From the NCBI GenBank assembly GCA_964493915.1, contig CAZBQH010000425.1, positions 121-64,120 of the forward strand: 64,000 bases of DNA, written 5' to 3'. The DNA comes from an uncultured Nitrospiraceae bacterium. Lineage in GTDB: Bacteria > Hydrogenedentota > Hydrogenedentia > Hydrogenedentales > SLHB01. The translations under genes and the position numbers were made by a program. Of this stretch, positions 57,465 through 64,000 are shown piece by piece (the first letter of the stretch is position 1; every line of letters starts with the position of its first letter). The notes beneath the pieces were generated by a model. The model was not told where the DNA came from. It did not search any database and saw only the letters and a program-made list of their open reading frames with translations.

Positions 57465-58283
57465 CCCTCTCCCTGTTGCCTGCCCTCTTTGCGGCGCTTA
57501 GCATACTCCACTGGGAGGGGGCTCGCTACGCAACAAACAAGCTCCCTCGAGGGAAAGCTGCTTCTAGCACCGGAACTAAGTGCTTTCTGCCTGCAAACGC
57601 TTTAGCAACGAGGCGAGCAACCCTTCCTCACTGCGCAATTGGTCGTGCCACTCGGGGTTTCTCGTGCGGCGCGTCTCTATGCGCATGTCCGACAGGGCTT
57701 GCTCAACCAAACGTGCCAGCTCGTTCCGTTCTTCGTCCGTTATTTCCAGCTTCATGGTAGGGCTCCTTTTCGTGTTCCACGCCCTAGCCGCTCTTCTGTC
57801 ATACCGGCATTTCTGGAACCAACAAACTCGGCAAAGCAATTCCCGCAGGCTCGGCTTTACACTACGCTTCGATCTAGGAAGGCCCCCTTCCGTGCACGAT
57901 TCAGACGTGAGAGAAGGGGGCCGACCTTCCAACTTGCATCAGTCGCTAAGAACGGCTCAGCACCCTAACAAGTTCCACTCTTTGCGCATTTGAGCGGGGT
58001 CGTGCAATCCACATCAAAGGGATTGCCCGTACTCAAAACGCATTTCAGATACGCGAGATACGGGTCCATCTGAGCCGGGCGCGGTGTAGTCACCGCTTTC
58101 ACATGTTTCATAGCCTCTGCCTCCTTTTGTTGTCCCCTCCAGACCACGATTTGTGGTATTAAACAAGATCCTGTCAGTTTTGTCAATTGCTTGTTAAGAC
58201 TGCCTCGATACCCCAGACAGTCTCCATGCGGTATACTTGCACTTGCTGCCAGGACGCACTACGAAACAGAAAGGAACACAACT

Positions 58284-59519
58284 ATGCCCGAATTGAGCTT
58301 CTTCAATCAGCCCATAAAGGTCCTATTTGCTGCTGTCATCACTCTTTTATGCGCTGTCGGCGTTACGTCTGCCCTGGCGGACGACGTGCCGCCCTTTGGC
58401 CGATTCGTGGATCGGACGCGGCTTTGGGAACAAGTCAACGGCGATCTGCTGCACAGTTTCTACAACATGTACAACCTGGATATTGTGCCGGACCCAAGCG
58501 ACGCCGAGTATCCTTTCAAAGGGTGGTTCTTCGGGTGGTCTGTTGAAGGATGCAACCCCGGCTATCCCGGTTGCGATGCCATCTTCGCGGCGCGAGCGCC
58601 CAAGCTCTCTGGGCCGTGGGAGGTCTACTCGGGTGAAGAGGACGGCCGGGTTCTATGGGATAGAACCATGACGCCGTCGAAATGGGTACCCGTGGTGACG
58701 GCCCAGGGCGCCTACTACAATAGCTGGCACAATGGCGATCCGTCGGTCGTCCGCATGAAGGATATGTACTACATGGCCTACAGCGCTACGGGCCATAACA
58801 AAGACGGCATCCTCCATGGCCAACCAGGAGATGCCGATTCGGACATCAGTTGCGTCATGGGAGCGACCTCGAGAGACGGCGTCCATTGGACGGCCACGAA
58901 TGAACCGCTCCTCATCGAGCCCTCGAACATAGGCGGCGCGCCGCCGAAACCCGGCGCTTACGGCCATCCCAAAGGGAACTACCACCGCCCCTCGCTGATG
59001 TATGAGGAAGGCGTATGGAAGATCTGGTTCGACTGCATCGTCCATGGGAAGCCCATGATGACGATTTACGCGGAAAACCACGGCGATTTCGGAAAAGGGG
59101 AGGATTGGAAGATCCTTCGCGGCATGGAGAACCCCTGCATCATCGAGTATCCCAATCCTGACGTAGTCAAAGTGGACGACATATACTTTGCCTTCGGCGA
59201 CCCAGGCGGATACGGCCAAGGCTGGGCAGGGCGTAAGACCCTCGAGGCAGTCTCGCTGAACGGCAAAGACTGGGCGCTGCTGGGATATATGGAACCAGAC
59301 CCCGACGTCCAGGCCAATCATGTTCCTGAGGGGTTTGTCTGGCGCGAGAACACCAAAACGTGGCTGTACGTGAATTACGGCGGGCAAGTCCCCGGCGACT
59401 ACCGCTACGAGCGCATCCGGATGAAACGCCGTGAGATCACCGCCGCCGACCTGCAACGCTATCGTGACCTTTGCAAAGAGGCTTCGGGCCCGGTTCCCTA
59501 CGAACCGCGGCCGGAGTAG
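58284..59519 (+). CDS. Secreted beta-propeller glycoside hydrolase-like protein of the GH43/GH130/GH117-fold superfamily.
   Basis: A signal peptide is present. The RBS AAGGA lies before the ATG at 58284. The family assignment is tentative. Confidence 0.45.
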   Translation: MPELSFFNQPIKVLFAAVITLLCAVGVTSALADDVPPFGRFVDRTRLWEQVNGDLLHSFYNMYNLDIVPDPSDAEYPFKGWFFGWSVEGCNPGYPGCDAIFAARAPKLSGPWEVYSGEEDGRVLWDRTMTPSKWVPVVTAQGAYYNSWHNGDPSVVRMKDMYYMAYSATGHNKDGILHGQPGDADSDISCVMGATSRDGVHWTATNEPLLIEPSNIGGAPPKPGAYGHPKGNYHRPSLMYEEGVWKIWFDCIVHGKPMMTIYAENHGDFGKGEDWKILRGMENPCIIEYPNPDVVKVDDIYFAFGDPGGYGQGWAGRKTLEAVSLNGKDWALLGYMEPDPDVQANHVPEGFVWRENTKTWLYVNYGGQVPGDYRYERIRMKRREITAADLQRYRDLCKEASGPVPYEPRPE

Positions 59520-59570
59520 CGCTCATTCGGATTTCGCAACCATCATCTGTCTTAGCTGGCGTTCGCCGGG

Positions 59571-62500
59571 TCAGTCCAGGCGCAGCTCGCAATCGAGCGC
59601 CATGTCAGCCTCGACCAGGATCTCCGCCTCAGGACGCACCACAATCGCTTGGCCGGCTTGGCCAAACGCGGCGGAAATCTCTTTCCCGCCATAGCGAAGC
59701 GAGACGCCTTTTACATCGGCGCCGCCAGGCAAGGCGAATATCAACTCTTGTACAGGAAGACGGCCATAGGAGAGTTCGAAGCGGCATGATTGCACGCCAT
59801 TGCTGCGCTTCTGGCGGAAGATCCCCCAGCCTTCCGCTGTCGTGAAGAAGGAGGCGTGATCCTCGGGCCGCCACACGGGCTGGAAGCCGATGCGCCGCCT
59901 TGGTCCGTCGTAGATGAAGCCTTGGCTGGCGAGCAACAGCGACCAGACGCTCATGGCGCGCGCGTAATACTTGCCGGCTTCATCGTCGCCGAAGGGGTTG
60001 CCGCTGTAGCCCCATGAGGCATAATCTGACTCCGTGAGGCCAGTGCGGAGGCGGCCGTCGTACCGGTCGGCTACCGCTTTAGCTACCATGTAACCTTCCT
60101 TGAGCAGTCCATGCTGCACCATGTTCGCGGCTGCCGCGTACTCGAATCCCGTCATGACCTCGTCGGCGTAACGGGTATGGGGCGTAGGCCGCCGCCTGTC
60201 GGGCCAGACGATCATCTGCATTCCCGCATCCGGATCGGCCACGAATTTGCGCGGGACCTGGTCGACCCCGGCAAAGTTGTCGCGGAAGTTGTACTTGAGA
60301 AGGGAGCGCAAGGCGGATTGCACGCGGTCGAGCGGGTATAACGGGGGGAGGTCGAGCTGTTTCACCCACCACTCGCCCAGCACCTGGTCAATGCCGCAGC
60401 CGCTGGCGTAATCTTCGAGCAAATCAGGACCAGGCAGGTGGATGTAGAATTCACCGTTCCACAACGCTGTGTTCTGTTTCTCCTCGCCCGAGCGCCGGAT
60501 GCGCGCATAGCGAGCTCCGGCTTCGACATCCTTTTCGATAAGGGCCATCTGTTCGCACGCTGACAACGCGGCGAGGTAGAGGGACCCCAGCCAGGAACTG
60601 CAACCGCCCATCTCGCCGTCCAGTGTGTTGTGCTGCGGTCCTTCGAGCAGGCCGTCTTCGTCGGGGTCGTGGGTACGAATCAGGTAGTCCATGGCACGCT
60701 GTATATGGGGCCAATGTTCCTCGAGCCAGGCACCGTCTGAACTGGACAAATGTTCGCGGTAAGCGCCCAGAATGTCGCCGCACTGGCCGTCAACTGCCGT
60801 GCCGGTACTTGGCTGGCGCATCGGGATTGAGCCGTTCTCGCGTTGGAAGCCAAAGCCCTGCTCACGCATGCGCCGCCCGATCTCGGGAAACAGCCGTGCG
60901 TGTGCCTGGGCGTAATGCCAGACATGGTTGCAGTTGCCAGGACAACAGCCCATCGACCGGGAACAGCCCTCCCACCCGCCGAAGTAGCCGTCCTTGGCCC
61001 AGTAAACCGTTGGCGTACGTAGAATAGCCACCTGGGAGCTTACGCGGTCCAGAAGCCACTGGGGCAGATTGCTCGCATAGAACGTATCGTGATAGAGGCG
61101 CGTGAGCCGGGTCAGCTCGGGCAAGCGGTCACGCAGATCGCGGACTACGCCCGCCGCATCCGGCCACCAGTTCGCGTACATCACGCCCTCGCCCGCCCAA
61201 CGTCCGCCCGGCTCGTTCGGGAAATGCCAGGCCACGGCGAAGACGGTCGTGCGTTCCGCGCCGACTTCGAGTTTGAAAGACGCCGACAGCGCTCCGTCGA
61301 CGGTCTCGCCTTCGAGCGTTGGACCGGCCTCTCGTATGTTGGCAAGGGCGCCCGAACCGGCAAACGTCTTCGCCAGCTCCTCGACGGTATCCCAAGATGC
61401 GGCATAGGTCGCATCGTCGGCAAACACGGCCAGCGCCATGGTTCCTGCTCCGAGCATGTCGGCCCGTTTGTCGCTGGTCATCTCGATAAAGCAGAGCCCG
61501 CCCTCGGTAACGACGCGATTGCGGTTCCCGCCGTAGTCCCGATGGCGCCGTGCCTCGACCGCGTCGTTGCCTGTGAAACCTGCCGCATTCTGTTGCGCGG
61601 CAAGGAGGCTGACGTCGACAGGTTCGGGTCCTTCATTGCGGACCCTCACGCTGAAAATGGCGCACGGAATGCCGGAATCCCTGGCGTCAAGCGGGATGAG
61701 CGGCGAGAAGACCTCGAGTTGAACCGCGACCGACAGCGCGTCGTCAATGAAATCGTACCAGCCGAAAGGGTATTCGCCGCGGAACGTTAGGGCCTTCATG
61801 GGTACAAAAGGACCCACAGCCTCGGTTTGCAGAACACGCACGACCGGTTCGCCCGACGCGGTTAGCGCGCGAATCGCCATGAAACTGTGCGGGACGACTG
61901 CCTGGGTGTGGTTGTTAAAGATCTGCCAAACGGCGCGTTTACCTTGTCCGTCCATCTGGATGCAGCCTGCGCCTATCCCGCCGACAGGCAGCCGGATCGC
62001 CCCGAGGTGTTCGCCTTCGTAGATGCGTGTCTCGCCTCGATCAACCAGCGCGGGGTCGTTCAATCGGCGCTCGACAGCCTTTTGATGGCGGGCTTGGCGT
62101 TCCTTATCCTTCTGCGCTTCGGCCGTAAGGAGGTTTTCCGCAGCGGCGGCCGCTCGCGCGCGCCGCTCGCTCCAGCCGGCTGCGTCGACAAGAGCTGCGA
62201 TGGTCTCCGCGGGCAATGCGCGGTCGTAGAATGCGAGTTCGTCAAGGGCGCAGGGGCACTGCTCTTCGCCTTGCGGCGTGGACGCGCCGAGAACCAGCGG
62301 CTGGTTGTTAAACGCGAGGTTAAAAGAGCCGCCGCCTGACAACGGGCGCCGCGCGCCGTCCACGTAGACCTCCAACTCATAGCGGGACGACGCGACCGCG
62401 ACATGATGCCAGCGGCCTACTTCAAATGGCCCCTCGGGCAACGCGGCCCAACGTACCGATATCCCGTTCCATACAGCCAAGGCGCCTCGGTCGGCGCGCA

Positions 62501-62903
62501 CGTGGATGCTGAAGCGCGTTTTGTTTTCGACGTCGCGTTTGGCGACCAGGCAGGGGTTGTAGCCGTCGGTAGGGGCCTCAAGCAACTGGAAAAAGAACGT
62601 TACTGTGGTCTCGTGCGTGTCGAGGATCGGCGTGGGTCCCATGGTCACGTAGCGGCCGGAATCGAGCGCTAAAGCGTTGCCCGACACGGGTCCCTCGATG
62701 TATCGGATCGCGCCGCCAGACGCCGTGCCGTCGATCCCGCCGACGGCGTCGACAAGCGTTCCGTCGAACGGCCAATATGCCGCCAATCCCGCTTCGGCCC
62801 GGACTCCTTGAGCGTATGTCATATCTCCTCCTGCTTCCTCGGCGCCTGCAGCGCATGCGACGGCTAACACGATTATCCAAGTGCTGCTCTTACGACTGCA
62901 CAT
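59571..62903 (-). CDS. LamG/ConA-like domain fused to a GH116-family glycoside hydrolase (GBA2-type beta-glucosidase fold).
   Basis: A signal peptide is present. RLPVGGIGAGCIQMDGQG is a GH116 N-domain motif. It is 1110 aa. Confidence 0.6.
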   Translation of the reverse strand: MCSRKSSTWIIVLAVACAAGAEEAGGDMTYAQGVRAEAGLAAYWPFDGTLVDAVGGIDGTASGGAIRYIEGPVSGNALALDSGRYVTMGPTPILDTHETTVTFFFQLLEAPTDGYNPCLVAKRDVENKTRFSIHVRADRGALAVWNGISVRWAALPEGPFEVGRWHHVAVASSRYELEVYVDGARRPLSGGGSFNLAFNNQPLVLGASTPQGEEQCPCALDELAFYDRALPAETIAALVDAAGWSERRARAAAAAENLLTAEAQKDKERQARHQKAVERRLNDPALVDRGETRIYEGEHLGAIRLPVGGIGAGCIQMDGQGKRAVWQIFNNHTQAVVPHSFMAIRALTASGEPVVRVLQTEAVGPFVPMKALTFRGEYPFGWYDFIDDALSVAVQLEVFSPLIPLDARDSGIPCAIFSVRVRNEGPEPVDVSLLAAQQNAAGFTGNDAVEARRHRDYGGNRNRVVTEGGLCFIEMTSDKRADMLGAGTMALAVFADDATYAASWDTVEELAKTFAGSGALANIREAGPTLEGETVDGALSASFKLEVGAERTTVFAVAWHFPNEPGGRWAGEGVMYANWWPDAAGVVRDLRDRLPELTRLTRLYHDTFYASNLPQWLLDRVSSQVAILRTPTVYWAKDGYFGGWEGCSRSMGCCPGNCNHVWHYAQAHARLFPEIGRRMREQGFGFQRENGSIPMRQPSTGTAVDGQCGDILGAYREHLSSSDGAWLEEHWPHIQRAMDYLIRTHDPDEDGLLEGPQHNTLDGEMGGCSSWLGSLYLAALSACEQMALIEKDVEAGARYARIRRSGEEKQNTALWNGEFYIHLPGPDLLEDYASGCGIDQVLGEWWVKQLDLPPLYPLDRVQSALRSLLKYNFRDNFAGVDQVPRKFVADPDAGMQMIVWPDRRRPTPHTRYADEVMTGFEYAAAANMVQHGLLKEGYMVAKAVADRYDGRLRTGLTESDYASWGYSGNPFGDDEAGKYYARAMSVWSLLLASQGFIYDGPRRRIGFQPVWRPEDHASFFTTAEGWGIFRQKRSNGVQSCRFELSYGRLPVQELIFALPGGADVKGVSLRYGGKEISAAFGQAGQAIVVRPEAEILVEADMALDCELRLD

Positions 62904-62998
62904 TGATCTTCCTCCGGGGCCTTCTGTTTCTGAAGAGCATAGACTTGCAGAGGCGCATTCGGTTTCCAGCCAGGCGCTCCCTGCATCATCGGGAAACG

Positions 62999-64000
62999 CT
63001 AAGACTCGCCACGGGTGCGGCCGGAGAGCAGAATAACGTCCCGCAGGCCCTGCTCGTTGTGGGCGGCTAACCAGCGCTGCTCGAAGCCTTCATCCTGAAC
63101 TATCTGCGCGATCGCCGCCAAGGCGCGCAGGTGGAAGTTTCGCTCGTCGCGCGAACCAACGAGGACGAAGACCGTTTTCACTTCCGGTGCATCTTCTGAG
63201 AATTGTATCCCTTTGTGGGCACGGACTATGAGCAGGTCAAAACGCGAGGCCCCTTCCACGACCACGTGGGGGATGGCGAGCGAGGGGGTAAGCAGCGTGC
63301 TGCTTTCCTCCTCGCGAGCCCTGAGCACCCGCGCCAGGTGTTCCTTCTCCATCCCGAGTCGGGGGGCCAGGTGTTCGGCAGCCAGATCAAACAAGGCGAA
63401 CTTGTCGATGGAGGACTCGATGTCGAGCACCACCGCCGTCTCCACCAGGCGGTCGAAGCGGTCCACGACGATGTCGTCGCGATCGCGGATGACTTGCTTC
63501 AGCTCCGCCTCGAGCGAGCCTGTGACCAATTGGCGGTCGGTAAGCCGGGCAATGAGATGGAGCAGCGCGAACTCTTGTTTTGCCCGGCCTCTGCCGAAAA
63601 ACCAGAACCCCAGAAACGCGAGCAATATCAGTGCGGCGCTGATGAAATAGGCCTCGATGCCTAGTTTGGCCATGGCGAAGCCCATGCCCAGAACGCCTGC
63701 AATCTGAAGCCACGGATAGAGGGGCGTCTTGAAAGATGGACGGTAGTTTTGCAGCTCGCTTTCCCGCAAAACAATGACGGCGATACATGACAGCATGTAG
63801 GTAAGCATGAGTACGCAAGAGGCCGTCTCGACAAGGATGTCCAGATCAAGCAAAAGACTCAGCAGGATCAGGACGCCCGTCGCCATAATGGCAACGAAGG
63901 GGGTATGAAACCGCTGGCCGATCTTCGAGAGCGGGGCGGGCAGCAGTTTGTCCCGGCTCAAGGCGAGGAGATATCGGGAGGCAGCCATAATGCCCGCGTT
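62999..64000 (-). CDS. A C-terminal portion of an APC-type permease fused to a PTS EIIA-2 (EIIA-Ntr-like) regulatory domain. Its 5' end lies beyond the window.
   Basis: TM helices are followed by LAIPHVVVEG...VLVGSRDERNFHLRALAAIAQIV. Confidence 0.55.
   Translation of the reverse strand, partial: NAGIMAASRYLLALSRDKLLPAPLSKIGQRFHTPFVAIMATGVLILLSLLLDLDILVETASCVLMLTYMLSCIAVIVLRESELQNYRPSFKTPLYPWLQIAGVLGMGFAMAKLGIEAYFISAALILLAFLGFWFFGRGRAKQEFALLHLIARLTDRQLVTGSLEAELKQVIRDRDDIVVDRFDRLVETAVVLDIESSIDKFALFDLAAEHLAPRLGMEKEHLARVLRAREEESSTLLTPSLAIPHVVVEGASRFDLLIVRAHKGIQFSEDAPEVKTVFVLVGSRDERNFHLRALAAIAQIVQDEGFEQRWLAAHNEQGLRDVILLSGRTRGES

Overview
This is a 64 kb segment of a high-GC bacterial chromosome. 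Secreted proteins with PEP-CTERM-like tails suggest an exosortase-bearing lineage, but the phylum was not determined. It has two parts.

(1) Positions about 2.7 to 33.3 kb form a mosaic accessory, defence-type island inserted at the 3' end of a tRNA-Lys(UUU) gene. The intact tRNA lies at 33215-33290 on the minus strand. A 90-bp direct repeat carries the 3' half of the tRNA plus its terminator hairpin (2679-2768 and 33177-33265). A second, nested pair of tRNA-3'-end-like 27-mers lies just inside (2984-3010 and 32764-32790). The island carries:
- a 989-aa Nudix + RelA/SpoT synthetase + SLOG-like + RyR fusion protein;
- a clan GH-A hydrolase;
- two DUF4062-NACHT STAND NTPases. One is followed by an N-terminally truncated FtsZ-like ORF. 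The other is translationally coupled to two WD40 proteins that share a novel N-terminal domain, one of which ends in an HPr-like domain;
- a tight four-gene operon: ClpB-like AAA+, MoxR-type AAA+, a vWA protein and an unknown protein. It sits divergent from a sigma54 enhancer-binding-protein-like gene and is preceded by a -24/-12 promoter;
- two 380-bp repeats, each carrying the 5' end of a third DUF4062 paralog truncated at the same codon;
- an ISAs1-family IS and a second DDE transposase with small partner ORFs;
- an AbiEi/AbiEii pair.
No integrase and no CRISPR array are present.

(2) Positions about 33.3 to 64 kb are housekeeping backbone: a homocysteine methyltransferase, etfBA, fumC, a ComB-like phosphatase, an HMGL-like fusion protein, RlpA, a VIT-vWA protein, a degenerate HD-GYP protein, rng, a DUF2344 protein, rodA, mrdA, mreDCB, an ADP-ribosylglycohydrolase, GH116 and other glycoside hydrolases, and a partial permease-EIIA fusion. 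A 160-nt structured element occurs twice, flanking the BNR-repeat gene at the left edge.
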